From Candidatus Oxydemutatoraceae bacterium (GTDB lineage: Bacteria; Pseudomonadota; Gammaproteobacteria; Poriferisulfidales; Oxydemutatoraceae), in assembly GCA_965219575.1 (NCBI GenBank), contig OZ244779.1:1356769-1420768 (forward strand): DNA of 64,000 bases, read 5' to 3'. The position numbers were made by a program, and so were the translations under genes. Below are positions 1-11,900 of this stretch, one piece after another. Under the pieces are notes generated by a model, which worked only from the letters and a program-made list of their open reading frames with translations, was not told the origin of the DNA and did not search any database. How positions within the stretch are numbered: position 1 is the stretch's first letter; each line of letters begins with the position of its first letter.

Positions 1-586
1 TATGTACACGATGCAAGGGGTTTCGCGTCTGAAAAGCAATAATTTTTTCCCATTTTTTTCTTTTGAATATCGCTCGTAATGTTTTGGGTGTATGACGATA
101 TTTCACATAGTCTATATGTCGGGGTAATTCGATCGCCTGCAACGGGCCGCCGATATACACGGGGTTGGTTGACCGGAAGAGGTAAGAGACCGCCGGGTGT
201 TTTTGATCTTGAGTGCCGAAGGTTTTTTCTGCTTCTGCCTGCAAGTCCGGTTTCCAAATTTCTTGCACTTCTATAACTGCAACGGCAAAGTGTTCCGGGT
301 CACGCAGGGCAATTTGATCTCCGGTATTCAATGATTCGGCAAAGGACTCGGGAATGTCGAGTGTGATAGGCATCGGCCAAAGCCGTCCGTCTGCAAGGCG
401 CATATCGTTGACCACGCTTTCGTAATCGGCCTTGCCCAAAAAGCCGTGCAAAGGGTCGAATGCACCGTTGAGCAATAGTTCAATATCGCAAGTTTGCCGC
501 GCGTTTAATTGCCAATACGGTAAGTGAAAGGCTTTTTCTATCGCTTGGTCTAGTTTTTTAGGAGTTAATATCGCAGAAGATTTCAT
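1..586 (-). CDS. sat: ATP sulfurylase (sulfate adenylyltransferase), N-terminal part; runs off the window edge
   Basis: Not in the ORF track. Manual translation from ATG at 586: MKSSAILT...TCDIELLLNGAFDPLHGFL...MRLADGRLWPMPITLD...IIAFQTRNPLHRVH, which contains the Sat QTRNPxHxxH motif. Confidence 0.9.
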   Translation of the reverse strand, partial: MKSSAILTPKKLDQAIEKAFHLPYWQLNARQTCDIELLLNGAFDPLHGFLGKADYESVVNDMRLADGRLWPMPITLDIPESFAESLNTGDQIALRDPEHFAVAVIEVQEIWKPDLQAEAEKTFGTQDQKHPAVSYLFRSTNPVYIGGPLQAIELPRHIDYVKYRHTPKTLRAIFKRKKWEKIIAFQTRNPLHRVH

Positions 587-741
587 CCCGTTATATTTTT
601 GTCGGATTTTTAATAAAGTATTTATATGAGGGCATATCATATTCTAATATCGTGCGATGAGCAAGCAGTTTATTCAAACTTTGTGCTATCACATCGTACG
701 AGGTTTTGCATAAAACGACTTTACCTTATATAATACTGTCT

Positions 742-1125
742 ATGCGAGACTCATCGAGACCTTTATCCCCTCATTTGCAAGTTTATAGCCTTCCTGTAAC
801 TGCGATATTATCCATAATGCACCGCATGACAGGTGTGGTTTTGTCTTTGGGTTTAGTGTTATTGGTCGTCGTTTTGGCAACTGCGGCATGGCATCGTGAG
901 ACCTACGAAGTTTTGAGAACCTTGTTATCGCATTGGCTGGGGCAAGTGTTCTTAATTTCATGGATTGCAGCATTGTATCTGCATTTGTGCAACGGCATAC
1001 GACATCTTTTTTGGGACGCAGGCCTGGGTTTCGACTTAAAGAGAACGAATCAAACGGCTTATTTAACGGTTGCAGGCACTGCGATTTTAACTACAGCGAC
1101 TTGGTTGTTGGCATATCTATTGTAG
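742..1125 (+). CDS. sdhC: Succinate dehydrogenase cytochrome b556 subunit
   Basis: RPLSPHLQVY, SIMHRMTG and HLCNGIRHLFWD motifs; ATG at 742 preferred over the upstream TTG. Confidence 0.95.
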   Translation: MRDSSRPLSPHLQVYSLPVTAILSIMHRMTGVVLSLGLVLLVVVLATAAWHRETYEVLRTLLSHWLGQVFLISWIAALYLHLCNGIRHLFWDAGLGFDLKRTNQTAYLTVAGTAILTTATWLLAYLL

Positions 1126-1135
1126 GAATAATTTA

Positions 1136-1510
1136 ATGAATTTAAGAACACCTTTATCTCGCGCGAAAGGGCTCGGCTCGGCTAAAGAGGGCATAGGGCA
1201 TTGGTGGATGCAGCGCGTGAGCTCGTTATTTTTAATACCGCTCATACTATGGGGTGCATTTACGATAGCGACTCTCGCCAACTATGATCATTATCACTTT
1301 ACGCAATGGCTCGCCGAACCGCTCAATGCGATTTTAATGATAGCTTTGCTCGTCGTCGTTTGTTATCACACTGCATTGGGCTTGCAAGTCATCATAGAAG
1401 ATTATGTGCATTTCACTGCGGTTAAAATAATAAGCATCGTAGCGGTTTATCTGCTTTCGTTTATTTTGGCTTTGGTCGGAGTATTCGCAATCCTTAAAAT
1501 TACTTTTTGA
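1136..1510 (+). CDS. sdhD: Succinate dehydrogenase membrane anchor subunit
   Basis: [14 protein letters not shown] and [15 protein letters not shown] motifs; operon position. Confidence 0.95.
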   Translation: MNLRTPLSRAKGLGSAKEGIGHWWMQRVSSLFLIPLILWGAFTIATLANYDHYHFTQWLAEPLNAILMIALLVVVCYHTALGLQVIIEDYVHFTAVKIISIVAVYLLSFILALVGVFAILKITF

Positions 1511-1511
1511 T

Positions 1512-3308
1512 ATGTCGTCTAAAGCATACCGGATAGAAGAACATACACACGAGGTTATCGTTATCGGTGCCGGGGGCTCGGGTCTACGAGCAACTTTCGG
1601 TATTGCCGAACAAGGCTTTAAGACGGCGTGCTTAACCAAAGTATTCCCGACGCGTAGCCACACGGTTGCCGCACAAGGTGGTATCAGCGCGGCACTTGCC
1701 AACATGGGAGAAGACGATTGGCGTTGGCACATGTACGATACGATCAAAGGTTCCGATTGGCTGGGAGATCAGGATGCCATCGAATATATGTGCAAAGAGG
1801 CTGCCGATTCAATTATAGAGCTCGAACACTACGGCGTGCCGTTCTCTAGAACCTCCGACGGGCGTATTTATCAGCGTCCTTTCGGTGGTATGACCACCCA
1901 TTTCGGTGAAGGTGTCGCCCAGCGTACTTGTGCGGCAGCCGACCGTACCGGCCATGCCATTTTGCATACCTTATATCAGCAATCGCTCAAACACGACGCC
2001 GAGTTTTTTATAGAGTATTTTGCCATTGATTTATTGATGAGCGAAGACGGGGCGTGTTGTGGTGTGATCGCTTGGAACTTGGCAACCGGGAAATTACATA
2101 TATTTCATGCGCATATCGTCATACTGGCAACCGGTGGCTACGGGCGAGTCTATTTTTCATGTACATCTGCGCATACTTGTACCGGCGACGGTGGTGCGAT
2201 GGTATTGCGCTGTGGCTTACCGTTGCAAGACATGGAATTTGTCCAATTTCATCCGACCGGCATATACGGTGCGGGCTGTTTGATTACCGAGGGTGTGCGC
2301 GGAGAGGGTGGCTATTTGACTAATGCCTCGGGCGAGCGTTTTATGGAACGCTATGCGCCGAATGCCAAGGACTTGGCCTCTCGCGATGTAGTGAGTCGCG
2401 CAATGTCTATGGAGGTAAAAGAAGGGCGCGGCGTAGGGCCCGATAAAGACCATATACATTTGCACTTGGAACATTTGGGTCCCGAGGTGATACAAGAGCG
2501 TCTGCCGGGCATTGCCGAATCGGCGCGTATTTTCGCCGGTGTCGATGTCACACGCGAACCGATACCGGTTCTGCCTACGGTGCATTACAACATGGGTGGT
2601 ATTCCTACCAACTATATGGGTGAGGTACTAAAACTGGAAAATGGTAGTCCGGATTATGTGGTGCCGGGTTTGATGGCGATAGGTGAGGCTGCGTGCGTAT
2701 CGGTACACGGTGCCAATCGCTTGGGATCTAATTCTCTGCTCGATCTGATAGTATTCGGACGCGCGGCAGCGAAGCGAGTTACCGAATTGTTGTCTGCTTA
2801 TCGCAGTCATTCGATAAGGCGAGCTCCGCAACAAGCCGTCGACCGCGTCTTAAACCGCTTCGACCGTCTGCGCAATGCGAATGGCGAATATTCGACCGCC
2901 GAACTCCGCTTGGATATGCAAAAGACGATGCAGCAATACGCAGCAGTATTTAGAATCGGGGAGAGTTTGCAAGAAGGCAACGATAAAATGAAAGCACTTT
3001 ATAGTCGGCTCGATGCACTGCGTGTAAGCGACCGTTCTATGATTTGGAACACCGATTTGGTAGAAACCCTCGAATTGACCAATCTATTACCGCAAGCCCT
3101 CTGCACGATTACCTCTGCGTTGAATCGAGAAGAGAGCCGAGGCGCACATGCGCGTGATGATTTCCCCAAACGTAACGACGAGAAATGGTGGAAGCATACG
3201 CTGATCTATTGCGACGAGAAAGATACCCATATAGACTACAGGCCGGTTCATACTCAGCCGATGACCGACGAAGTAGAAGCCGTACCGTTGCAAGAACGCG
3301 TATACTAA
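1512..3308 (+). CDS. sdhA: Succinate dehydrogenase flavoprotein subunit
   Basis: GAGGSG FAD motif, [10 protein letters not shown] covalent-FAD His, [17 protein letters not shown]. Confidence 0.98.
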   Translation: MSSKAYRIEEHTHEVIVIGAGGSGLRATFGIAEQGFKTACLTKVFPTRSHTVAAQGGISAALANMGEDDWRWHMYDTIKGSDWLGDQDAIEYMCKEAADSIIELEHYGVPFSRTSDGRIYQRPFGGMTTHFGEGVAQRTCAAADRTGHAILHTLYQQSLKHDAEFFIEYFAIDLLMSEDGACCGVIAWNLATGKLHIFHAHIVILATGGYGRVYFSCTSAHTCTGDGGAMVLRCGLPLQDMEFVQFHPTGIYGAGCLITEGVRGEGGYLTNASGERFMERYAPNAKDLASRDVVSRAMSMEVKEGRGVGPDKDHIHLHLEHLGPEVIQERLPGIAESARIFAGVDVTREPIPVLPTVHYNMGGIPTNYMGEVLKLENGSPDYVVPGLMAIGEAACVSVHGANRLGSNSLLDLIVFGRAAAKRVTELLSAYRSHSIRRAPQQAVDRVLNRFDRLRNANGEYSTAELRLDMQKTMQQYAAVFRIGESLQEGNDKMKALYSRLDALRVSDRSMIWNTDLVETLELTNLLPQALCTITSALNREESRGAHARDDFPKRNDEKWWKHTLIYCDEKDTHIDYRPVHTQPMTDEVEAVPLQERVY

Positions 3309-3361
3309 ATGTACCGAGCGCATCGATACATATCGACAAATTAAAGACCTAAGGGAGAACT

Positions 3362-4138
3362 ATGGCAGAGTTTAGATTACCGACAAATTCTATAGTCAAA
3401 AAAGGTGTTCATTATCCGGCATCGGATAAAAGCAAAAACACGCAACGTTTTATCGTTTATCGCTACGACCCCGATTGCGACGAGAACCCCCGTACCGACA
3501 CCTACGATGTAGATACGGAAAAATGTCCCATGGTGCTCGATGTACTGATCAAGATCAAAAACGAAATGGATCCTACATTGACCTTCAGACGGTCGTGTCG
3601 CGAAGGTATTTGTGGTTCGTGTTCGATGAACATAGCGGGACGCAACACCTTGGCGTGCATCAAACCTTTAAGTGAACTTGAAGGCGATGTCAAAATATAT
3701 CCTTTGCCGCACATGTCGGTGATTAAAGACTTGGTGCCCGACCTGGATAATTTTTATGCACAATACGCTTCTATCAAACCGTGGATCAGAACCCAAACAC
3801 CGGCACCCGATAAAGAACGGCTACAGTCCGTCGAAGATCGAGAAAAAATCAAAGGCCTGGAGGAGTGCATTTTGTGTGCTTGCTGTTCTACGAGTTGTCC
3901 CAGCTACTGGTGGAATTCCGATCGTTATTTAGGGCCTGCCACATTACTGCAAGCGTACCGATGGATTGTCGATAGTCGCGACGAAGCAACCGGTGAACGC
4001 TTGGATGAATTGGAAGATCCCTTTAAGCTGTTCCGTTGTCATACGATCATGAACTGTGCGGATACCTGCCCCAAAGGATTGAACCCTGCTAAAGCAATTG
4101 CCGGGATCAAAAAATTATTGCTCGCTCGCCGCTATTGA
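3362..4138 (+). CDS. sdhB: Succinate dehydrogenase iron-sulfur subunit
   Basis: Fe-S motifs [22 protein letters not shown] and [12 protein letters not shown]. Confidence 0.98.
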   Translation: MAEFRLPTNSIVKKGVHYPASDKSKNTQRFIVYRYDPDCDENPRTDTYDVDTEKCPMVLDVLIKIKNEMDPTLTFRRSCREGICGSCSMNIAGRNTLACIKPLSELEGDVKIYPLPHMSVIKDLVPDLDNFYAQYASIKPWIRTQTPAPDKERLQSVEDREKIKGLEECILCACCSTSCPSYWWNSDRYLGPATLLQAYRWIVDSRDEATGERLDELEDPFKLFRCHTIMNCADTCPKGLNPAKAIAGIKKLLLARRY

Positions 4139-4272
4139 TAGCTAAGCCGTGCAGAGATTTCATTGTATCGGCATGTCGTGTTCGGGTTCGTCGTAAAGTA
4201 CCGTCGGTACCCTTTTTTAATACCGTTCAAGACTTTTACTCTTGCATAACTTGCGTTTGAGTTATTATTGCT

Positions 4273-4518
4273 ATGAACACCGACAGAAAGCAACTCTATT
4301 GGATGTGTCGTCGTGGCACCAAAGAATTGGATGAATTAACACTACGCTACTTAAACGAATACTATGATCAAGCAAGTCCGGAACATCGTTGCGCATTTAA
4401 GTCCATGCTACAGTTGCCCGACCCCGAGCTGTACCAAATCCTCGTCGGTACACAACCTTGCGATAATCGCACGATAAATGAAATCGCAAAATGCATACGC
4501 CGAGAATCTGTGGATTGA
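4273..4518 (+). CDS. sdhE: Succinate dehydrogenase flavinylation factor SdhE/SDHAF2
   Basis: CRRGTKELD (RGxxE) motif, 81 aa, directly after sdhB. Confidence 0.9.
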   Translation: MNTDRKQLYWMCRRGTKELDELTLRYLNEYYDQASPEHRCAFKSMLQLPDPELYQILVGTQPCDNRTINEIAKCIRRESVD

Positions 4519-4939
4519 ACTACGCCCCTCTCGTATCGCACGAATACTCGAACTCGTATTCTATCTCTTAATATCGGTATCCATAACAATTTGGTCGCTT
4601 CCTCTAATTTGGAAATCGCTTGCATGCCTATTCGTTTTAACTTTCTATTTATCGGATCATTTGAAGAACCGTATCAGCACCGTACTTCGGCAAAGATATA
4701 GCCCAATCGAGGCAGTCATACTATCTTCCGATAAAGGTGTCGTTGCAACCCGATGTGGTTCACAAGTTTGTAAAGTCCGATATTTCAATATAGAACATAT
4801 ACTATGCTACTATATTCAACTGCATTTATGTTATGAGGACGGAAATTACAAACGGCTTTACATTTTTCCCGATTCGACGGACGAAAAAGCCTTTCATAAA
4901 TTCCGTTGCATAGGAGTACGTAATAAGGCTACAAAATGA
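4478..4939 (+). CDS. YgfX-like inner membrane protein
   Basis: Overlaps the 3' end of sdhE as ygfX does in enterobacteria; LRPS motif, two hydrophobic segments, C-terminal IFPDS...FHKFR. Confidence 0.6.
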   Translation: MKSQNAYAENLWIELRPSRIARILELVFYLLISVSITIWSLPLIWKSLACLFVLTFYLSDHLKNRISTVLRQRYSPIEAVILSSDKGVVATRCGSQVCKVRYFNIEHILCYYIQLHLCYEDGNYKRLYIFPDSTDEKAFHKFRCIGVRNKATK

Positions 4940-5382
4940 CCGATACGATATATACCGGAGATACACATTCTAAACCCGATTTTGCCGGGTTGATGAACTT
5001 GTACGAGAATAACTACCGATTGTTAAGTACACTGCTGGAATACTTGGACGATAATAAAAATTCCATACGAAACAAAAACGGTTATACCTTAAAAATACAC
5101 AAAAGACACCGAAGTCGCTATACGCAAAACATAGACCTGCATTATAGTTTCCATACCCGAAGACGAGGACGAAAAATCACCGTGGCGATTGCCAGCTTCA
5201 AAGTCCAGCTCTATTCGGATACCCGTCAAGCAGCGGTGGTTTGCAGTCAAATACGGCTAAAAAAAACTTTTCCTATACGCCGTCTTCTCGTGTCGCTACA
5301 AACGAAATGGTACTATAATCGGTGTCTCAGAGCGGTATTAAGAAGTTTCTTTACTCGCCGCATCCCAACACAATACTGTTAA
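4936..5382 (+). CDS. DUF1249/YqiB-like hypothetical protein
   Basis: FAGLMNLYENNYRLL, RYT, V.LY.D...A and KWYYN pattern recalled for DUF1249; ATGA overlap with the previous gene. Confidence 0.55.
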   Translation: MTDTIYTGDTHSKPDFAGLMNLYENNYRLLSTLLEYLDDNKNSIRNKNGYTLKIHKRHRSRYTQNIDLHYSFHTRRRGRKITVAIASFKVQLYSDTRQAAVVCSQIRLKKTFPIRRLLVSLQTKWYYNRCLRAVLRSFFTRRIPTQYC

Positions 5383-5533
5383 GCGAATACCCTATATACG
5401 CGTTGTATAAAACCGCTCGTCGGATATTTGCGACTGTTCGTCGAAATCAGAAATATCATGCTATGGAGTCGGGGTAATCTATAGGTTGGTTTGCCTTCGG
5501 GCACTAATTTACATATAATTCAAAGGAGTAAAA

Positions 5534-5923
5534 ATGAATACAACGATTAAACAAAGTACCGAAACTTTTAACACGATGCACAAATTGGAACGAGCAGGAA
5601 TGTCGAGAGCGCAAGCAGAAATAACATCGCGTGCGATCGACAGACAGGTCTCGATGTCGATGCAAGAGGTGTTGGATAAAATAGACGCTCGTTTTGACGC
5701 CCACGAAGCATTCTACGAGGCGCGTTTCCAATCTATAGAAAACCGCATCGATGCCGTTGAGAACCGTATCGATGCTGTTGAGAACCGTATCGATGCCGTC
5801 GAAAAGCACATCGACATAATAGAGAAGAGATTATCGTGGCTTTATGTAGAAAGCATCGTATCTATCTGTGTTATCGGTGCCGGCTTTACCGGGGTTATTA
5901 TTGCGTTGTTGCGTATGGGCTAA
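5534..5923 (+). CDS. Coiled-coil heptad-repeat protein with C-terminal TM anchor (DUF1640/CCDC90-like)
   Basis: AGGAG RBS; N-terminal FNT..KLERAGMSRAQAE; (ENRIDAV)x3; hydrophobic C-terminus. Confidence 0.65.
   Translation: MNTTIKQSTETFNTMHKLERAGMSRAQAEITSRAIDRQVSMSMQEVLDKIDARFDAHEAFYEARFQSIENRIDAVENRIDAVENRIDAVEKHIDIIEKRLSWLYVESIVSICVIGAGFTGVIIALLRMG
5738..5800 (+). repeat. 21-bp in-frame tandem repeat x3 (ENRIDAV)
   Basis: GARAACCGYATCGATGCYGTY occurs three times in a row. Confidence 0.9.
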
Positions 5924-5935
5924 ATCGTTATCTAC

Positions 5936-5985
5936 GGGCGGACATACAAGTCCGCCCCTACAAGGAGGGGATGCTCCGCCCCTAC
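5936..5985 (-). repeat. GTAG-type REP palindrome (loop variant) plus a partial second copy
   Basis: GGGCGGAC-ATACAA-GTCCGCCC-CTAC, between two convergent genes. Confidence 0.75.
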
Positions 5986-6005
5986 ACTCAATCGGCGATT
6001 CTATG

Positions 6006-7346
6006 TTAACCTGCTTCGGATTTTATATGTTCTATGATAGCGTCGCCGAAGCCCGAGGTGGTGACCAACTTGGCTCCCGGCATAAGTCTTTGCAATTCTT
6101 CGCTTATGTTTCCCAGCTTCGGTCTCCTTGCGGTAATGCCGCCGCGCACCCTTGCAAGGTCGTAGGTTACGGTCTTGTTGGATATAGCGGATGCGATGCC
6201 GTTGATTACTAAATCGGCAGCTTCGCACCATCCGATATGTCTTAGCATCATCTCTGCAGAAAGGATAATTGAACCGGGATTGACGCGATTCTTACCGGCG
6301 TATTTAGGCGCGCTGCCGTGAGTTGCTTCGAACACCGCAACTCGATCCGACATATTAGCCCCCGGCGCAATACCGATACCGCCCACCTGTGCGGCCAAGG
6401 CATCGGAGATATAATCACCGTTTAAGTTGAGTGTCGCAATCACATCGTATTCGTCCGGTTTGAGGAGTATTTGTTGTAGAAAATTGTCGGCAATAATATC
6501 CTTGATTAGAATAGTCTCCCCCGCATATCGAGGGTTTGCTATCGTGCACCAAGGTCCGCCGTTTAATTCCTCGGCACCGAATTCGGAGACGGCCAGTTCG
6601 TATCCCCAGTTGCGAAACGCGCCTTCGGTATACTTCATGATATTACCTTTATGTACCAACGACACCGACTGGCGACGGTTCTCTATTGCGTAGCGTATCG
6701 CTTTTCTAATCAAGCGCTGCGATCCTTCTCGGGATACCGGCTTGATGCCTAAGCCGCAATGGTCGGGGAAGCGTATCTCGGTCACATCCATTTGATGTTT
6801 GAGAAAATCTAAAACTTTTTTAACATTGGATGTGTCGGCTTGCCATTCTATACCGGCATAGATATCCTCGGTGTTTTCTCGGAACACAACCATATCGGTA
6901 GTTTCGGAGTCTTTGAGTGGGGTAGGGGTGCCGGGGAAATAGCGTATCGGTCTGACGCATGCAAACAAATCGAGTTGCTGGCGGATTGCAACATTCAAAG
7001 AGCGTATGCCACCACCGACCGGTGTCGTTAAAGGTCCCTTGATAGCAACTTTATATTCGTTGATTGCATCGTAAGTTTCGCTCGGTAACCATTGATTCTG
7101 TCCGTAAAGATCGACCGCTTTTTCGCCGGCATAAATTTCCATCCACTCGATACGCCGTCTACCGTTGTAGGCGTACTCGACGGCGGTATCTATGACTTTG
7201 CGCATCACCGGTGTCACATCGATGCCGATACCGTCTCCTTCTATAAAAGGAATAATCGGACAATCCGGCACCGAGATGCCGCCGTCCGTTGTTATCTTTA
7301 TTATTTCTCCTTGCTGCGGAGTTTTGATGTAACTACGTTGTGCCAT
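6006..7346 (-). CDS. icd: NADP-dependent isocitrate dehydrogenase (E. coli type)
   Basis: [59 protein letters not shown]. Confidence 0.97.
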   Translation of the reverse strand: MAQRSYIKTPQQGEIIKITTDGGISVPDCPIIPFIEGDGIGIDVTPVMRKVIDTAVEYAYNGRRRIEWMEIYAGEKAVDLYGQNQWLPSETYDAINEYKVAIKGPLTTPVGGGIRSLNVAIRQQLDLFACVRPIRYFPGTPTPLKDSETTDMVVFRENTEDIYAGIEWQADTSNVKKVLDFLKHQMDVTEIRFPDHCGLGIKPVSREGSQRLIRKAIRYAIENRRQSVSLVHKGNIMKYTEGAFRNWGYELAVSEFGAEELNGGPWCTIANPRYAGETILIKDIIADNFLQQILLKPDEYDVIATLNLNGDYISDALAAQVGGIGIAPGANMSDRVAVFEATHGSAPKYAGKNRVNPGSIILSAEMMLRHIGWCEAADLVINGIASAISNKTVTYDLARVRGGITARRPKLGNISEELQRLMPGAKLVTTSGFGDAIIEHIKSEAG

Positions 7347-7379
7347 TTGTTTTTAAGAAATCGGTGTGCGTCTATACGC

Positions 7380-8657
7380 TTAAAATTGCTCCTCTTCGGT
7401 CGAGCCGGTCAGTGCGGTGACCGATGAAGCACCACCTTGGATCACGGTCGTTACATCGTCGAAGTATGCGGTGCCTACTTCGGCTTGGTGGCTCGAAAAG
7501 GTGTAGCCTCTATCGAGTGCCGAAAATTCCTTTTCCTGCACCATATCTACATAAGCGGTCATACCGTTTTTAACATAGCTGTCGGCCAAATCGAACATGT
7601 GGTACCACATATTGTGTATGCCGGCTAGCGTAATAAACTGATATTTATATCCCATCGCACCCAATTCGCGCTGGAACTTGGCAATCGTTGCCTCATCTAG
7701 ATTCTTGCGCCAATTGAAAGAAGGTGAACAGTTGTATGCGAGCATTTGCTCGGGGAATTGTCGATGAATTGCATCGGCGAACTTCTGCGCTTCGACTAAA
7801 TCGGGTACTGCGGTCTCGCACCACAATAAATCTGCATACGGAGCATACGCAAGCCCTCTGGCTATCGCTTGATCGAGTCCCGCCTTAGTACGGTAAAAGC
7901 CTTCCACGGTACGCTCACCGGTGATGAAAGGTTTATCGTAGGGATCCACATCGGAAGTGAGTAGGTTTGCGGCGTTGGCATCGGTGCGTGCGAGTAATAC
8001 GGTGGAAACACCACAGACATCCGCCGCCAGTCTGGCTGCGATTAGTTTCTGTATTGCTTCGCTCGTCGGCACCAGTACCTTGCCACCCATGTGTCCGCAT
8101 TTTTTTGCCGAGGCGAGTTGGTCTTCGTAATGCACACCGGCAGCCCCTGCTTCGATCATCGCCTTCATTAATTCGAAGGCGTTGAGTACACCGCCGAAGC
8201 CGGCCTCGGCATCGGCGACGATAGGTGCGAAAAAGTCTATCTCGGACTCACCTTTTTTCCATTGTATTTGATCGGCGCGTTGAAAAGCATTATTGATTCT
8301 AGCCACCACCGCAGGTACCGAGTTGGCCGGGTAGAGTGATTGATCGGGATACATCGCACATGCTAAATTAGCGTCGGCTGCGACTTGCCAGCCGGAAAGA
8401 TAAATTGCTTTGACACCGGCTTTAACTTGTTGCACCGCCTGTCCGCCGGTCAACGCACCCAAGCAGTTGATATACGGTTCTTCGTTCAATAAATGCCATA
8501 GTTTTTCCGACCCCAAGCGCGCATAAGTATAAGCCCTGCGTATCGAACCGCTCAGGCGAACCACATCTTCCGCACTGTAGGTGCGTTTGACATTTTTCCA
8601 ACGCGGGTTATGGTCCCAGTCTTGTTGTATCTCGGTTATCATTTTTTCTCTATTCAC
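7380..8657 (-). CDS. aceA: Isocitrate lyase
   Basis: KKCGHMGGK catalytic motif, [11 protein letters not shown]-terminal STEEEQF; GTG start at 8657 follows a GGAGG RBS. Confidence 0.97.
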   Translation of the reverse strand: MNREKMITEIQQDWDHNPRWKNVKRTYSAEDVVRLSGSIRRAYTYARLGSEKLWHLLNEEPYINCLGALTGGQAVQQVKAGVKAIYLSGWQVAADANLACAMYPDQSLYPANSVPAVVARINNAFQRADQIQWKKGESEIDFFAPIVADAEAGFGGVLNAFELMKAMIEAGAAGVHYEDQLASAKKCGHMGGKVLVPTSEAIQKLIAARLAADVCGVSTVLLARTDANAANLLTSDVDPYDKPFITGERTVEGFYRTKAGLDQAIARGLAYAPYADLLWCETAVPDLVEAQKFADAIHRQFPEQMLAYNCSPSFNWRKNLDEATIAKFQRELGAMGYKYQFITLAGIHNMWYHMFDLADSYVKNGMTAYVDMVQEKEFSALDRGYTFSSHQAEVGTAYFDDVTTVIQGGASSVTALTGSTEEEQF

Positions 8658-8932
8658 TTTTTCCTCCGTTAAACAAATGGATTTAGCAATAAGCACTCAT
8701 TTCAAAAGCGAGTACACTCATAAGGTTTATTGATTTATCCGACAAATTGGATTATTCATTATTTTGTGTAGTTTATAGGTTTTGGTATAGCTATATGACG
8801 CAAAGGCGACATGCTTTAAAAGCTAATATGTAATTCAATCGGCAATCCGCAAGTTATCAACTCCTGCATATAATAACAGCATAAGACTTTAGCTTCAATA
8901 GCTGCGAACGATTACCTCGTCAAACTTCGCAT

Positions 8933-8955
8933 GCCACCCCTCCATAGAGGAGGAA
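8933..8955 (-). repeat. Short palindromic repeat family TTCCCCTCC-nnn-GGAGGGG(TGGC); other copies at about 25874, 27969, 29754 and 61723
   Basis: Five similar intergenic hairpins in the window. Confidence 0.65.
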
Positions 8956-11900
8956 TTATTGTAGCGGACCCTCTAAAAATAATTTTATACGCAGTCGAAT
9001 ACCTATAATCACGGCGAGCGTATATCTTTCCATTGCACCGTTATGCATCACATCGATGTAGACGTTATTGGTCCCACGGAATAACGGCATTATGGTAACC
9101 GCCTCACCGCTTGCGACGGGACGATCGATTGCGATGTCGTCATCCGGTGTATAGCGTACACTGATGGTGCGACCGGCTAAAGCCGTAGGTGTCATCGCAA
9201 CGGTGGTCATGGTATTTGCCACATTGACTTCGTAATCTAAGTCGCCGAGGCTAAAGTCGGGATTTAGTTTTAGCGTTTGAGAGTCTGCTTCTACCGTAAG
9301 CCCGGTTAAAGTTGCCGTACTTAGGCGTCTTATGACCAAGTTGTAATCCCTCGGAGCCATGCCGTCTGCCGTTGTTACCGACACAGTGATCGCATTGTCG
9401 CCTATGCGTAATGGCACCATACTATTTCGATTATTGTTGAAAGTAATCGTATGTGCAGTACTATTTGCCGTAGCCGTTATCTCAATCGGGTTTATAGTGT
9501 TTTCCACGATGGCTCGGTAACTTATCGTTGTATCCGGGCATTCGATGAAGTTCGGGCTGAGTGATCCCGATGATAGAAAAAGGGCGGTCAAGCAGGGTTC
9601 TAATCGCGTTACAATTAATGTATATCTCGCTGTTGCTCGATTATCTTGAGTTGTTACTGCAATAGTTAGGGTATTGCTCCCCACATTCAGAGGAACTACA
9701 TTTCCGCTTATGGAGTTTCCGTTGGCGGTAATAGTGATCCTATGTCCGGCACTATTGGCTGTGGGAGTTAATCTAATGCTCTCTATATCGCTGTTCACGG
9801 TTGTGGTATAGCGACTAATCTCTCTATTAAAGTCGGGGCTGAGCGTTCCGGGGAATAAAGACAATCCGATCAAAGCAGGGCTACGACGAGTAACTTGCAA
9901 TGTGTAGCTTGATGTCAATACGCCATCCGCCGATGTCACTCTTATAACGATGGTATTGTCTCCTACATTTAGCGGCACCGTGCTATTTATGAATTGACCG
10001 GGATTTAAGCCTCTGGATAGTGTGTTGCCGTTTATCGTGACCGATTGATTTATATGGGAGGTTTCAATCGTTATCCCGAGTAGACCGACATCGCTGTCGA
10101 CGGTTGCCGAATAATCCCTGACTACACCGGTGAAGGTTGAGTTGAGCGTACCTGCCGATAACGAAATATCTCTTAGGATAGCGGTAGATATTGGGGCTTT
10201 TTTTGCTTTTATCGTATAAGCTATAACGCAGGGAATATTCTGGAGGTTCGTCACTCTTATGTTTTCGACTCCTGCCCCTATCGCTTCCTCGTCGGAGATC
10301 AAGATAAAATCTAGAGTATTCGTGGCTTCTATTGTCACTGTGATGCCTTCATCGGATATAGATTCTCTCTCGATGGATTCGAAGCTATAACGATTCGGTA
10401 TCTGTCTGCCGATTTCGGTATATGTTTCCGAATCCACTCTATCTATGAAGTTTAACCCGCCCGATGTCGTGACTATATCGTACTCTCTGCCTATCGGATC
10501 GAAATCGTCGAGGCTTAGGTCGGGGAGTAGAGGACACTGAGAGTTTATATTTTCTATCGTCGTACTCTCCCAAGTTCCCACGGGATCGAAGTTTCTTTGT
10601 GCAAGCCGTATGATATCGACGATGTAAGTGTTTATTCTATTACCGTCTGCCGTCCGTACACCTACGGTAATCGTATCGGTATTAAAACCTAGGGGAATAG
10701 TTGCAGTTCCGGTTATGCGATTGCCGTTGACGGTGATTGTGTTGTTGCTATCCTCGGCACTCAATCTCAGTGTAATTTGTCGAGTATTACCGGGGACGGC
10801 TGCAAAATATCTAGAGACTGCGCCGTCAAAACTCGGATGCAGTGTTCCCGTAGATAAAGCAAGATTAGATAGACGCGGTGGTGGTTCATTACTATAAAGC
10901 GGACGTGCCGAGTCGTCGCAGCCGGAGGTATTTTGAGGGTAATATCTATTGCCTTGGTTTAGTGCACAACTGACACGACCGTCCTCGTAGATTTTATCAA
11001 ACCGAGATGCAAAACCGATGCATTGGTTGTCTGAGCCGTGTGTTAGCACGGCACGAACTTGATATCTGGGTCCCCATAAAGCACTACCCGATGCGCCGCT
11101 CGCTATCCCCCCGGTTATAGCCTCCATCCTGTAATGCGTACAATCTGCTATATTTCGACAAATTCTAAAAAGTGCTTCATTGTCTTCATAATTTATCGAT
11201 GCTACATTTTCTAGTCCGGTAACTTGATACCGCGCGTAGTTTTGTACCGTACTTTGTGCATGATGCAAAGTTTCCACAGTGGAATCAAGTGCAAGCCGAC
11301 TGGAACTCCAGCCTAACAATGCAGGAGAATTTGTTTGAAGCGACCCGCCGTCGAGTCGCCGTAAGGTATTTTTATTAACCCAAAGCAATGTCCAATCGGC
11401 TGCTTCACTTGCAGCGATGAACCTGACATCGGTTGCTACGAGTCGATCGCTGCTGGGCGAACAAGGAGAGCGACTGTTGTAGATTTCTGCATTAACAGCG
11501 CGACCTCTTTGAGTATTTGGGGAAAAGCCGGGATAAATACAATGAAATGCCGTTAAAAAATATATTTCTCTATCGCTTTGGGCATTATTCAGAAAGCTAC
11601 CGGTGCACGAGCCTGCTTGTCCCTGCGAATCGGTATAAATCATAAGGCCTATTGCGCTATGCACATCACTACCACTTCCGCAATTGAATGGGTTATTGAA
11701 TGGATTGTTGAATACAGGACATACATTTTGTTGTAGCTGTTGCGCGTGTTGCCCTCGTTGCATCTGCTGCTCGGAGTGACGTCCGAGGTTCGGAAGGTCT
11801 CCGTTCATATCTCTGAAGTAGTGATTTATGGATTTGATTTCAAACGGGAAAGTATCGGGGTTGAGGTTGCTATCTTGGGAAATCCATACTTCGATGACGA

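Noticed and set aside
742-4138. Alphaproteobacterial/mitochondrial-type sdhCDAB as recent horizontal transfer
   Set aside because: This Sdh type also occurs natively in several gammaproteobacterial lineages, and there is no mobility signal here.
4273-4939. sdhE-ygfX as a CptAB toxin-antitoxin pair
   Set aside because: SdhE is an established flavinylation factor, and the sdh context explains the pair.
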